From a virus (lineage: Duplodnaviria; Caudoviricetes), in the IMG/VR virus record IMGVR_UViG_3300048586_000930, positions 1-55,018 of that record: a stretch of 55,018 nt of DNA. One strand, given 5' to 3'. The notes under the pieces are model-generated. The model worked only from the letters and a program-made list of their open reading frames with translations, was not told the origin of the DNA and did not search any database. Position 1 is the first letter of the stretch, and every line of letters starts with the position of its first letter. The translations under genes were made by a program, and so were the position numbers. Shown piece after piece: positions 9,495 through 18,527 of the stretch.

Positions 9495-9524
9495 GAAGGA
9501 TTTCGCGCGGATCCGTAATTAACA
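9491..9524 (+). promoter_or_regulatory. Putative ECF-like promoter, copy B (GTGAGAA-N13-ATCCGTA-NN-TAACA)
   Basis: gtgagaa ggatttcgcgcgg atccgta at taaca, directly upstream of the replication operon. Confidence 0.55.
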
Positions 9525-9559
9525 AAGACAGCACCACGCGTCGAAGGGAGCCCCACACG

Positions 9560-9943
9560 ATGCGCTTCTCATCCCCTGAACTGCTCTCGACCGCACTCAT
9601 GTCGAGCATCGAGGATCTGCTCGATGTCGTGATGACGGAAAACGGCCTGTGCGATCGCTTTGCCGATGCGTCACCCGGCGATGGCATCGTCTACCACATT
9701 GGCCTACTGGCCCGTGATCGCGACAAAGCCGCGTCCGAACTGTCGGCCGAGCGGCGCGAGGATCTCGAAGCCGTCGCGCGGCGCGTCTGGGCGATGGCGG
9801 AAGCCGGCCTCGGTCATCTCGTGCAGCGCCGCGTCGCCGAAGGGCGCTGCGCCTATCTGCTGGTCGTCCGGCCAAGGCCGCTCAGCGCGCGGAGCGCTGC
9901 TGGCTACGCGCTGGCCGACCTCCTCGGCCGGGAGGCGGCGTGA
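9560..9943 (+). CDS. Hypothetical phage protein
   Basis: ATG at 9560 after GGGAG. Contains IVYHIGLLARDR...GLGHLVQRR and is coupled to the next gene. Confidence 0.7.
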   Translation: MRFSSPELLSTALMSSIEDLLDVVMTENGLCDRFADASPGDGIVYHIGLLARDRDKAASELSAERREDLEAVARRVWAMAEAGLGHLVQRRVAEGRCAYLLVVRPRPLSARSAAGYALADLLGREAA

Positions 9944-10368
9944 TGGGCAAACCCTCCCGCGATAAGGGATTGCGCCGCGAGCGCGCCATCGTCGAGCTGC
10001 ACGTCAAGTGCGGCATCCGGGCCGAGCGCGTGCCGCTCTCCGGCGCCCTGCGCTATCGCGGCAACGGCGCCGACGTGGATCTCTACGTCCGCGGACCCGA
10101 GCCGCTCAAGGCAGAGGTCAAGGCGCGCGGCGAGGGCAGCGGCTTCCGCACGCTGGAGCGCTGGCTCGGCAGTAACGACGTGCTGTTTCTCATCCGCGAT
10201 CGCGCGACGCCCCTGGTGGTGGTGCCGTTGCATGTCTGGATGGAGATCATCCGCCTCAGCGCCGCGCAGGCGGACCCAGATGCCGCGCGCGATCGTGCCC
10301 ACCGCGCGCGCCAGGCCGAGGAAGGCCCGCTGCCGCCGGCCGACGCGATCGCAGAGGTGACGCTGTGA
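9943..10368 (+). CDS. PD-(D/E)XK nuclease, Holliday-junction-resolvase-like
   Basis: KG.RRER, RVPLSGA and D.D...AEVK motifs. Confidence 0.75.
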   Translation: MGKPSRDKGLRRERAIVELHVKCGIRAERVPLSGALRYRGNGADVDLYVRGPEPLKAEVKARGEGSGFRTLERWLGSNDVLFLIRDRATPLVVVPLHVWMEIIRLSAAQADPDAARDRAHRARQAEEGPLPPADAIAEVTL

Positions 10369-10493
10369 GCCCACGCAGCACCCTCCGCCCGCGCGCCATC
10401 GGCGAAGCCCTCCGCAGCCTGGCCAGTGGCGCGCTGCTGGCCGGCGGCTTCATCGCGCTCTGCTGGTTCGCCGGCTTGGTGACCATCCGATGA
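10365..10493 (+). CDS. 42-aa single-TM membrane peptide (not in the ORF track)
   Basis: MSPRSTLRPRAIGEALRSLASGALLAGGFIALCWFAGLVTIR. GTGA and ATGA overlaps with both neighbours. Confidence 0.55.
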   Translation: MSPRSTLRPRAIGEALRSLASGALLAGGFIALCWFAGLVTIR

Positions 10494-10999
10494 GCACCAC
10501 CCCCTCAACCAACAGGTCCACTATGACCAATCGAACGACTCTGGCGCAGCTGCGCGAGATGGACGTTGCGGCGGCGGCTTGCCTGCCCGTCGATCATCTG
10601 GCGCTGCTGCTGGGAGAGGTCGGGGCGCTGAAGGCCGACGCCAAGCACCTCTCCGACCTGCTCCACGACGCGCTGCATGCCCGCTACGGCGAATCCGCCG
10701 CGGCGGCCCGTCGTGCCGAGGGCAAGGACACCGGCCGTGTCCGCATCGCGGATGACGCCTTCGAGGTCGTCGCCGACCTCCCGAAGAAGGCAGCGTGGGA
10801 CCAGCCGAAGCTGGCCACGGCCGTCGCCACCATCGTCGCGTGGGGCGAGGACCCCGCGGATTACGTCACCACCGAGATCCGCGTGCCGGAGAGCCGCTTC
10901 ACGGCCTGGCCGCCGCGCATCCGCGCGGTCTTCGAGCCGGCGCGCACCGTCGCCACCGGCCGTCCCTCCTACACCCTCGAACGGAAGGACGCCGCGTGA
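10490..10999 (+). CDS. Hypothetical phage protein (start may be 10523)
   Basis: 169 aa in the replication operon, with strong GC3 bias. Confidence 0.75.
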   Translation: MSTTPSTNRSTMTNRTTLAQLREMDVAAAACLPVDHLALLLGEVGALKADAKHLSDLLHDALHARYGESAAAARRAEGKDTGRVRIADDAFEVVADLPKKAAWDQPKLATAVATIVAWGEDPADYVTTEIRVPESRFTAWPPRIRAVFEPARTVATGRPSYTLERKDAA

Positions 11000-11187
11000 T
11001 GGCGCACGAACTCCGCATCCAGGTCGTCATCCCGCTGCAGGGTGATGCCGTCGCCCGCGCGAAGGACGTCGCCGCCTTCGAGCCGACGCTCGACAGCTTC
11101 ACCGAAGTCGTCGCGCGCGCCGGCGGCGACATCAAGGTCGACGTCATCAAGGCCAAGCCGCGTGCCGCGAAGCAGGAGGCGCATTGA
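10999..11187 (+). CDS. Small hypothetical protein
   Basis: MAHELRIQVVIPL..., 62 aa, coupled on both sides. Confidence 0.65.
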   Translation: MAHELRIQVVIPLQGDAVARAKDVAAFEPTLDSFTEVVARAGGDIKVDVIKAKPRAAKQEAH

Positions 11188-11978
11188 TGGCGATCTCCCT
11201 CGCATCCCTGCGGCGCGGTGGCGATGCGCGTCCGCCACGGCTGCTCACCTATGGTGTGGCCGGTGTCGGCAAGACGCTCTTCGCGACCTCCGCGCCGCGG
11301 CCTGTTGTCGTTCAGACCGAGGACGGGCTGGGCACGATCAGCGCCTCCACCTTCGGCGTGCTGCGCAGCTTCGACGCGGTGATGGAGGCGCTCGGCAGCC
11401 TCTACACCGAGGCGCACGACTTCGAGACGCTGGTGGTGGACAGCCTCGATTGGCTGGAACCGTTGGTCTGGCAGCACACGGCGCAGACGCACAACCAGCC
11501 GGACATCGAGTCCTTCGGCTATGGCAAGGGGTACCTCGCCGCGCTTGATACCTGGCGCAGCTTCCTCGACGGCGTGAACGCGCTGCGTGACGAGCGTGGC
11601 ATGGGCGTGATCCTCATCGCGCACGCCGAGATCAAGCGCTTCGACAGCCCCGAGACGGAACCCTACGACCGGTACCAGCCGAAGCTCCATCGCAGCGCCT
11701 CCGCGCTGGTGCAGGAGCATGTCGATGCCGTGCTCTTCGCGAACTATCGCGTCAGCACGCTGAAGTCGGACGTAGGCTTCAACAAGAAGGTGGTCCGCGG
11801 CGTGAGCGGCGGCGATCGCCTGCTGCACACCGTCGAGCGGCCGGCCTTCCTCGCAAAGAACCGCTTCGGGCTGCCCGAGACGCTGCCGCTGTCCTGGCCC
11901 GAGCTCGCCGCCGGCATCCCCTTCTACGCGACGCCGCGCAGCGCCGCTCCCGCCTCCACCACCGAAGCCCGGAGCTGA
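11187..11978 (+). CDS. Sak4-like AAA ATPase / single-strand annealing recombinase
   Basis: YGVAGVGKT, TLVVDSLDWLE, ILIAH and AKNRFGLP. Followed by an SSB-like gene. Confidence 0.85.
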   Translation: MAISLASLRRGGDARPPRLLTYGVAGVGKTLFATSAPRPVVVQTEDGLGTISASTFGVLRSFDAVMEALGSLYTEAHDFETLVVDSLDWLEPLVWQHTAQTHNQPDIESFGYGKGYLAALDTWRSFLDGVNALRDERGMGVILIAHAEIKRFDSPETEPYDRYQPKLHRSASALVQEHVDAVLFANYRVSTLKSDVGFNKKVVRGVSGGDRLLHTVERPAFLAKNRFGLPETLPLSWPELAAGIPFYATPRSAAPASTTEARS

Positions 11979-11981
11979 CCC

Positions 11982-12521
11982 ATGGCATCCCTCAATGGAA
12001 CCTTCGACGCGACCGAAGTCGCCCCCGCCGTCCCGCTCGAGGTGCTGCCGCCCGGCAAGTACCTCGCGCATCTGATCGAGAGCGAGATGCTGCCGACCAA
12101 GGCCGGCGATGGGCAGCTGCTCAAGCTGGTGTTCGAGGTGCTGGAAGGCCCCTCCGCGCGCCGGAAGATCTTCGATCAGCTGAACCTGGTGAACCGCAAC
12201 GAGCAGACGGTGGAGATCGCGCAGCGCACGCTGTCGGCCATCTGCCACGCGGTCGGCCAGGTGCATGTCAGCGACAGCGAGCAGCTGCACTTCAAGCCGC
12301 TGATCGTGACGCTGAAGGTCGAGCCGGCCGGCAACGACAAGTACGGCGTCTATCGCGAGGCGCGGAACAAGGTGAGCGGGTACTCCGCCGCGAATACCGG
12401 CGCCGCCACCGGGACGGCCCCGCGCCCGACCAGCCCAGGGTCCCGCCCGGCCGCCGCAGCGCCTCCGCCGGCCGCTCGGACCGGTGCCGCGGCCACCCCG
12501 CCCTGGCGCCGCAATGCCTGA
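11982..12521 (+). CDS. DUF669-family putative ssDNA-binding protein
   Basis: LPPGKYLAHLIESE...RKIFDQLNL with a Pro/Ala tail ending PPWRR. Confidence 0.8.
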   Translation: MASLNGTFDATEVAPAVPLEVLPPGKYLAHLIESEMLPTKAGDGQLLKLVFEVLEGPSARRKIFDQLNLVNRNEQTVEIAQRTLSAICHAVGQVHVSDSEQLHFKPLIVTLKVEPAGNDKYGVYREARNKVSGYSAANTGAATGTAPRPTSPGSRPAAAAPPPAARTGAAATPPWRRNA

Positions 12522-12579
12522 TCTTCAGCCGGCAGGCGATCTGCCTGCCGGCCTCCCTTCCTCCATCCAGGATCAGGTC

Positions 12580-13680
12580 ATGGCTGCCCTTCCTCCGCCC
12601 GCGTCCCCCACCGTCACCGCCATCTACGCGTCCTATGAGGCGGCGGCGGATCGCGGCTATCGCGCGCATCTCGGCGCCTCGCTGATCGGCACCGAATGCG
12701 AGCGCGCCATCTGGTATTCCTTCCGCTGGGCCACCCGCGCCCGGCACACCGGCCGGCTGCTGCGGCTGTTCGACACCGGCAATCTGGCCGAGGCTCGCTT
12801 TGTCGCCGACCTGCGCCGCATCGGCGTCACCGTCCTGGACCTGGATCCCGCGACGGGGCGCCAGTGGAACCTGCGCGATGCCTCCGGCCACTTCGGCGGC
12901 AGCATGGATGCCGTTGTGATCGGACTACCCGAGGCGCCGGGCACCTGGCACGTCTGCGAGTTCAAGACGCACAGCGCCAAGTCCTTCGCCAAGCTGAAGG
13001 CCGAGGGCGTCGCCGCCTCCAAGCCGCTGCACTGGGCGCAGATGCAGGCGTACATGCATCTCGCCGGCCTCGATCGGGCCTTCTATCTGGCGGTCGGCAA
13101 GGACACGGACGAGCTATACCAGGAGCGCATCCGGCACGATGCCGAGGCCGGGCTGCGCATCCTGGCCAAGGCCGAGCGCATCATCGGCGCCGCGCGGCCG
13201 CCGGCCCGCATCAGCCAGGATCCCGCCTGGTGGCAGTGCCGCTTCTGCGACCACCACGCCGTCTGTCATGCCGGCGCGGCGCCGGAGCGGCATTGCCGGT
13301 CCTGCCTGCATGCCTCGCCCGCCCAGGGTGGGGACTGGCATTGCGCCCGGCACGCAGCCCCCCTCGACCGGCGCGACCAGGAGGCAGGATGCGCGGCGCA
13401 TCTCTACCTGCCGGACTTCGTGGCCGCCGAGCAGATCGACGCGGGCGAGGATTGGGTCAGCTATCGGATGCCGGATGGCACTGCATGGCGTGATGGCGTG
13501 CCCGCCGCGGCGCGGCCGGACATCGTCTCGCACCTGCCGTGCCGGATCTGCCGCAGCACGATCTATCGGGTCGGACCCGGCAAGGGGCCGCACATCGCCG
13601 ATCTGATCTGCACCGGCTGCGAGGTGGGCGGGCGCTGGCTCAGCAAGGTAGATGCCGCGGCGATGGGAGTGGCGGCATGA
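12580..13680 (+). CDS. Cas4-like PD-(D/E)XK exonuclease with a C-terminal Zn-ribbon extension
   Basis: HLGASLIGTECER, GSMD, EFKT, QMQAYM, CRFC and CRSC, plus extra CRIC...CTGC. Start may be 12514. Confidence 0.78.
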   Translation: MAALPPPASPTVTAIYASYEAAADRGYRAHLGASLIGTECERAIWYSFRWATRARHTGRLLRLFDTGNLAEARFVADLRRIGVTVLDLDPATGRQWNLRDASGHFGGSMDAVVIGLPEAPGTWHVCEFKTHSAKSFAKLKAEGVAASKPLHWAQMQAYMHLAGLDRAFYLAVGKDTDELYQERIRHDAEAGLRILAKAERIIGAARPPARISQDPAWWQCRFCDHHAVCHAGAAPERHCRSCLHASPAQGGDWHCARHAAPLDRRDQEAGCAAHLYLPDFVAAEQIDAGEDWVSYRMPDGTAWRDGVPAAARPDIVSHLPCRICRSTIYRVGPGKGPHIADLICTGCEVGGRWLSKVDAAAMGVAA

Positions 13681-15260
13681 CCCTCTCGCTCCGCCCCTAT
13701 CAGCGCGCCGCCATCGAGGCGCTCTACGACTACTTCTCGGCCAGCAGCGGCAACCCGCTGGTCGTTATGCCGACCGGCACGGGCAAAAGCCTGTGCATCG
13801 CCGGCTTTACGCGCGAGGCCATCGCCGCCTACGGCGACACCCGCGTGCTGATCCTCACCCACGTGAAGGAGCTCATCCAGCAGAACTTCATGGCGCTGCT
13901 GCGCGCCTGGCCGGAGGCGCCGGCCGGCATCTACTCGGCCGGGCTGTCGCGCCGCGACATTCACGCGCAGATCCTGTTCGCCGGCATCCAGTCGATACAC
14001 CGCCACGCGCGGCAGGTGCAGCGCTGCGATCTGGTCCTGATCGACGAGGCGCATCTGCTCGGCCGCGGCGATAGCGGCATGTACCGCTCCTTCCTGGCGC
14101 AGCTGAACGAGATCAACGCAGGCCTGCTTAAGGTCGTCGGCTTCACGGCGACACCGTATCGCCTCGACAGCGGCATGCTGCATGAGGGGAAGGATCGGCT
14201 CTTCACCGACATCGCCTTCCAGGTGCCGGTGCTGGAAATGATCCAGCAGGGTTACCTCTGCCCCGTCGTCCCCAAGCAGACCTCGACGCAGCTCGACGTC
14301 GGTGGCGTCGGCACCCGCGGCGGCGAATTCATCGCCAAGGATCTTGAGGCGGCAGTGGACCGCGACGAGGTCACGCGCGCCGCAGTGGCGGAGATCGTCC
14401 AGCACGGCGAGGGCCGCGGCTCCTGGCTGGTGTTCTGCTCGGGCGTCGCTCACGCCGGCCATGTCCGAGACGCCATCCGCGAGCATGGCATCTCCGCCGA
14501 GACGGTCACCGGCGACACGCCCGGCCCCGAGCGCGACGGCATCCTGGCCGCCTTCAAGGCGGGGCGCCTGCGCTGCGTCACCAACGCGAACGTCCTGACC
14601 ACCGGCTTCGACGCGCCCGGCACCGATCTCATCGCGCTGCTGCGTCCGACAAAGAGTGTCGGCCTCTACGTCCAGATGGTCGGCCGCGGCACGCGCCTCG
14701 CCGAGGGCAAGGACGACTGCCTCGTGCTGGATTTCGCCGGCAACACGGCGCGGCACGGTCCGATCGACACGGTCGACGGCCGGAAGAAGGAACCCGCCGG
14801 CGACGGCGAGGCACCGATCAAGGTCTGTCCCGAATGCCAGACCATCAACCATGCCAGCGCGCGGCGCTGCATCGAGTGCGACCACGAGTTCCCACCGCCG
14901 GTGGTGAAGGTAGCGCCGCAGGCGGCCTCCAACGCGCTGCTCTCGACGCAGATCCAGCCGTCCTGGTGCGACGTCACCGGGATCACCTATGCGCGCCATG
15001 ACAAGCCTGGGAAGCCAGCCTCGCTGCGGGTCACCTACGAATGCGGCCTGGCGCGGCACAGCGAGTGGGTCTGCTTCGAGCACACCGGCTTTCCGCGGGA
15101 CAAGGCGGTGGGCTGGTGGCGGCGGCGTGCCGGCAATCTGCCGCCCCCCGCCACCGTCGATGCGGCGCTGGAGCAGCTGGATCAGCTGCGGCGGCCCATC
15201 GCGATCCAGGTGCGGCCGGCGGGCCAGTACACCGAAATCGCCGCCGCGAGGTTCGTGTGA
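13677..15260 (+). CDS. SF2 DEAH helicase (RadD/YejH-like) with Zn finger
   Basis: LRPYQ, PTGTGKS, DEAH, TATPYR, LTTGFD, QMVGRGTR and CPEC..CIEC. Confidence 0.92.
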   Translation: MTLSLRPYQRAAIEALYDYFSASSGNPLVVMPTGTGKSLCIAGFTREAIAAYGDTRVLILTHVKELIQQNFMALLRAWPEAPAGIYSAGLSRRDIHAQILFAGIQSIHRHARQVQRCDLVLIDEAHLLGRGDSGMYRSFLAQLNEINAGLLKVVGFTATPYRLDSGMLHEGKDRLFTDIAFQVPVLEMIQQGYLCPVVPKQTSTQLDVGGVGTRGGEFIAKDLEAAVDRDEVTRAAVAEIVQHGEGRGSWLVFCSGVAHAGHVRDAIREHGISAETVTGDTPGPERDGILAAFKAGRLRCVTNANVLTTGFDAPGTDLIALLRPTKSVGLYVQMVGRGTRLAEGKDDCLVLDFAGNTARHGPIDTVDGRKKEPAGDGEAPIKVCPECQTINHASARRCIECDHEFPPPVVKVAPQAASNALLSTQIQPSWCDVTGITYARHDKPGKPASLRVTYECGLARHSEWVCFEHTGFPRDKAVGWWRRRAGNLPPPATVDAALEQLDQLRRPIAIQVRPAGQYTEIAAARFV

Positions 15261-15610
15261 GATGCGCCGCCTGTCGTCTCCGCACCGCCCGCGGCTTTGG
15301 CTGGTTCGATCCGCGCGTGCGGACCAGCGAGCCGCTGCCGGCCTGTTCCATGCGCTGCATGAGCGCGCTCTGCCGGAGGTGGGGCGTGGTTGATCCCGAC
15401 GAGCACGAGATCGCCGCGATCGCGGCGGCTAGCCCCATGGCAGGCGAATACCTGGAGAGCATCGGCAAGAGCGATCTCGCGGTGCTGACCGAGGCCGAGT
15501 GGCTGACGCTGCTGGAGGTGATCATCACCGCCTACCAGGACGAGCTCGCTCGCCTGCTGGATCACGGTCGTCATCCGGCGCCCCCGCTCGCTGCGGGTGG
15601 CCGGTCATGA
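15257..15610 (+). CDS. DUF6511-like phage protein
   Basis: GTG at 15257. CAAC...CSMRC...GEYLESIGKSDLAVL. Confidence 0.65.
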   Translation: MRCAACRLRTARGFGWFDPRVRTSEPLPACSMRCMSALCRRWGVVDPDEHEIAAIAAASPMAGEYLESIGKSDLAVLTEAEWLTLLEVIITAYQDELARLLDHGRHPAPPLAAGGRS

Positions 15611-16008
15611 GTGGCGTCACCTCGGCCCGAGAGGTCGCGCGCCGGCTCGGCATTTCGCACACCGCGATGCAGAAGGCTGAACGCGCCGGACGGATCGCGC
15701 GTGAGCCGAATGGCGCGTGGGACATCGAGAAGGTCCGGGCCGGGCTCGCGACCAAGGGCACCCCTGCGCCGCGCAAGCCCTATGGTCCACGCGCGACGCA
15801 GCCGCCCTGGGCGAGGGCTGCGCACCATCTCGGCGAGCTCGCGTCGGACATTCGCGGCCCCGCACGTGGGATCCACGCCGAGCTGGAGCGGGCACGCCAG
15901 GCGCTCGAACGCGCCGCCCGCCAGATGGCCGCGCTCTATCCTGAAATTCTGCGCCTGGAGCGCACGTGCGACGCCGCCATTGCCGCTCAGGAAGGAGGCA
16001 GCGAGTGA
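15607..16008 (+). CDS. wHTH protein paralogous to the N-terminus of the terminase small subunit
   Basis: 26/43 identical residues with the N-terminus of 25325..25840 by manual alignment. The C-terminus is unrelated and helical. Confidence 0.75.
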   Translation: MSGVTSAREVARRLGISHTAMQKAERAGRIAREPNGAWDIEKVRAGLATKGTPAPRKPYGPRATQPPWARAAHHLGELASDIRGPARGIHAELERARQALERAARQMAALYPEILRLERTCDAAIAAQEGGSE

Positions 16009-18323
16009 CGGATGCCCCCTCCTTTATGGCCGATTACGGCGAGCGCCTGGTCGATAACGGCTATTCGGTCATCCCGATCATGCCGGGCACCAAGGTGCCG
16101 GGGCGCTTCACCGGCGGGGAGTGGTCGCCCTATCCCGACTGGGCGCGTCACTGCGACCGGCCGACGAAGTCCTTCGAGGTGGACATCTGGCGCCGCTGGC
16201 CCGGCTGCGGCGTCGGCATCGCCACCGGCGCCGTTGTGGGCATCGACATAGATATCGTGGACGGCGCGCTGGCCATCCAGATCGCCGAGCTCGCCACGTC
16301 CATGCTTGGCGAGACCCCCTGCCTGCGCATCGGCCGCGCCCCGAAGCGCCTGCTGGTCTATCGCGCCGCCACGCCCTTCGCGGGCCGGAAGCGCCATCCC
16401 CTCGAGCTGCTGGCGCGTGGCCAGCAATTCGTCGCCTATGCCGTCCACCCGGACACCGGCCGCCCCTATGAATGGCCGGAGGACAGCCTGGTGGAGCTGT
16501 CGCTGTCCCGATTGCCGGTCGTGGACGAGGCCGGCTGCACGGCCTTCCTGGACGCTGCCTGGCAGCTCGTGCCGGACGAGGTAAGGGTCAACTCGATCCT
16601 GGCGGACGCGCCCACCAGCACCTGGCGAGGCCCGAGTGACCCGAAGGGCACGCGGGATGCCATCGCGGCGGCACTTGCCTGGCTGCCGAACGACGACCTG
16701 CCGGGCAACGAGTGGATTACCGTCGGCGCCGCCATCAAGGCCGCGATCGGCGAGGAGGGCCGCGACCTCTGGCTCGACTGGTCGCGGCGGTCCGGGAAAT
16801 CAGGGCAGTCCGGTCGATCGGACACCCCCGAGCGGCGCTGGGCCTCGCTGCGGCCGCACAGCGTCGGCGCGGGGAAAATTTACTGGCTGGCCGAGCAGCG
16901 CGGCTGGGTGCCGGATCCTGCTCTGACGCTGAACGGCACTGCAGCGGAGCAGGCGGCACAGCCGCATCCCGCGGCCGGCCTGCTGGCGAAGGTCGCGGTG
17001 GCGCCGCTGCCGATCGCACCGCCGCCGAAGCCCTATCGCGTCCCGCCCGAGCTGCTGCAGGTGGATGGTGCGCTGCGCATGTTCGTGGACTATGCCACGG
17101 CCAGTGCCGTCAGCCCGCAGCCGTTCCTCTCGCTGGGTGCCGCCATCTGCCTGGTCGGCGCCATCGCCGGCCGCCGCTATCGCACCCCCACCGATCTGCG
17201 CAGCAACGTCTACGCCATCGGCATCGCCGACAGCGGCGGCGGGAAAGACCATGCCCGGCGCTGCGCGAAACGCGCGATCTACGCCGCAGGCCTGGACCGA
17301 TACCTTGGCGGCGAGGATCTCGCCTCCTCGGCGGGGCTGCTCACGTCGCTGCAGCGCCATCCCGCCCGCCTGTTCCAGGTGGACGAATTCGGCCAGTTCC
17401 TGAAGCTGGTCCTGAACCAGCGCGCACCGGCGCATAAGGCGGCCATCTGGTCGGAGCTGACGAAGCTCTACACCTCAGCGGCTGAGCCCTACATCGGCGC
17501 AGAATACGCCGACCAGAAGGCGCGGCCGCGCGTCACCATCGAGCAGCCCTGCGCCTGCATCTGGGGCGTCACCGTCCCGGGCCCGCTGTGGACCGCCCTG
17601 GAAGGCGGTGCGCTCGCCGACGGCTCGATCGCGCGCTTCCTGGTCTTCCTGACGGACGACGACTACCCGGAGCGCAATGAGACGCCGGGGCCGATGGATC
17701 CGCCGGCGGCGCTGGTGTCCGCCCTTCAGGGGATCGCTCGCGGCGTGCCCGGCCACAGCCATGGCGGGAACATCGCCGATGCCATGGAGTCCTCGGCGCC
17801 GATCCACGCCTACACGGTGCCGCTCAGCCCCGACGCGGAGACCGCGATGGCGCGTGTGCGTCGGGAGGCCACCGAGCTCCTGCGGTCGCACCGTGGCACC
17901 TACGCCACCGCACTGTTCGGCCGATACGCCGAGAACGCGGCGAAGCTGGCGATGATCGCCGCGGTCAGTCGTGATCCCGCCCGGCCCATCACCCAGGCCC
18001 GCGACGTCACCTGGGCCTCGGCGCTGGTCGAGCACTGCATCGGCACACTGCTTCGCGAAGCCGAGCGTCTTGTCGCCGACACGCCGGCGCATTCCCGCAT
18101 CAAGAAGGTCCTCGAGGTGATCCGCAAGGCCGGCCGGATCAGCCGCAGCGCCTTCGTCCGGAAGACGCAGTTCCTCTCGAAGGCCGAGCGGGAGGACGCC
18201 ATCGCCACGCTGCTCGACAGCAAGCAGATCGCGATCGAGGTCACGCAGAACGCCTCCGGCCCCGGCACCAGCTGGATCATCGCCACCGAACCACAGGAGG
18301 GCTTGAAGAGTGATGCTGCATGA
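16005..18323 (+). CDS. Bifunctional primase-polymerase with PriCT-2 and DUF3987-like helicase domain
   Basis: GYSVIPIMPGTKVP, VGIDID, WITVGAAIK...WLDWSRRS, DSGGGKD and QVDEFG. Confidence 0.88.
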   Translation: MTDAPSFMADYGERLVDNGYSVIPIMPGTKVPGRFTGGEWSPYPDWARHCDRPTKSFEVDIWRRWPGCGVGIATGAVVGIDIDIVDGALAIQIAELATSMLGETPCLRIGRAPKRLLVYRAATPFAGRKRHPLELLARGQQFVAYAVHPDTGRPYEWPEDSLVELSLSRLPVVDEAGCTAFLDAAWQLVPDEVRVNSILADAPTSTWRGPSDPKGTRDAIAAALAWLPNDDLPGNEWITVGAAIKAAIGEEGRDLWLDWSRRSGKSGQSGRSDTPERRWASLRPHSVGAGKIYWLAEQRGWVPDPALTLNGTAAEQAAQPHPAAGLLAKVAVAPLPIAPPPKPYRVPPELLQVDGALRMFVDYATASAVSPQPFLSLGAAICLVGAIAGRRYRTPTDLRSNVYAIGIADSGGGKDHARRCAKRAIYAAGLDRYLGGEDLASSAGLLTSLQRHPARLFQVDEFGQFLKLVLNQRAPAHKAAIWSELTKLYTSAAEPYIGAEYADQKARPRVTIEQPCACIWGVTVPGPLWTALEGGALADGSIARFLVFLTDDDYPERNETPGPMDPPAALVSALQGIARGVPGHSHGGNIADAMESSAPIHAYTVPLSPDAETAMARVRREATELLRSHRGTYATALFGRYAENAAKLAMIAAVSRDPARPITQARDVTWASALVEHCIGTLLREAERLVADTPAHSRIKKVLEVIRKAGRISRSAFVRKTQFLSKAEREDAIATLLDSKQIAIEVTQNASGPGTSWIIATEPQEGLKSDAA

Positions 18324-18504
18324 TGCGCGCAAACCCGCGGAAAACCGGACTCTTCAACAATTCAACTTTTCACGCGGGCGTATGCAGACGTTCGGGCGGG
18401 GGCGCGGGGGAGAGAGACCCATTGAAGAGTTTGAAGAATTGAATAGTCATATTGATCAGATACTTAGGCCTCTCCCACCCCCTCGACTCTTCACCACTCT
18501 TCAA
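18303..18504. repeat. Seven TTGAAGAG/CTCTTCAA-like octamers in an AT-richer tract, putative replication origin
   Basis: Copies at 18303, 18350 (rc), 18422, 18431, 18439, 18487 (rc) and 18497 (rc), at the 3' end of and downstream of the primase gene. Confidence 0.65.
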
Positions 18505-18527
18505 GAGCGCGGCCGGGGGAGGCAGGC

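Noticed and set aside
12484-13680. Cas4-like protein as evidence of CRISPR-Cas
   Set aside because: No repeat-spacer array or other cas genes. It sits in a Sak4-SSB-exonuclease recombination module.
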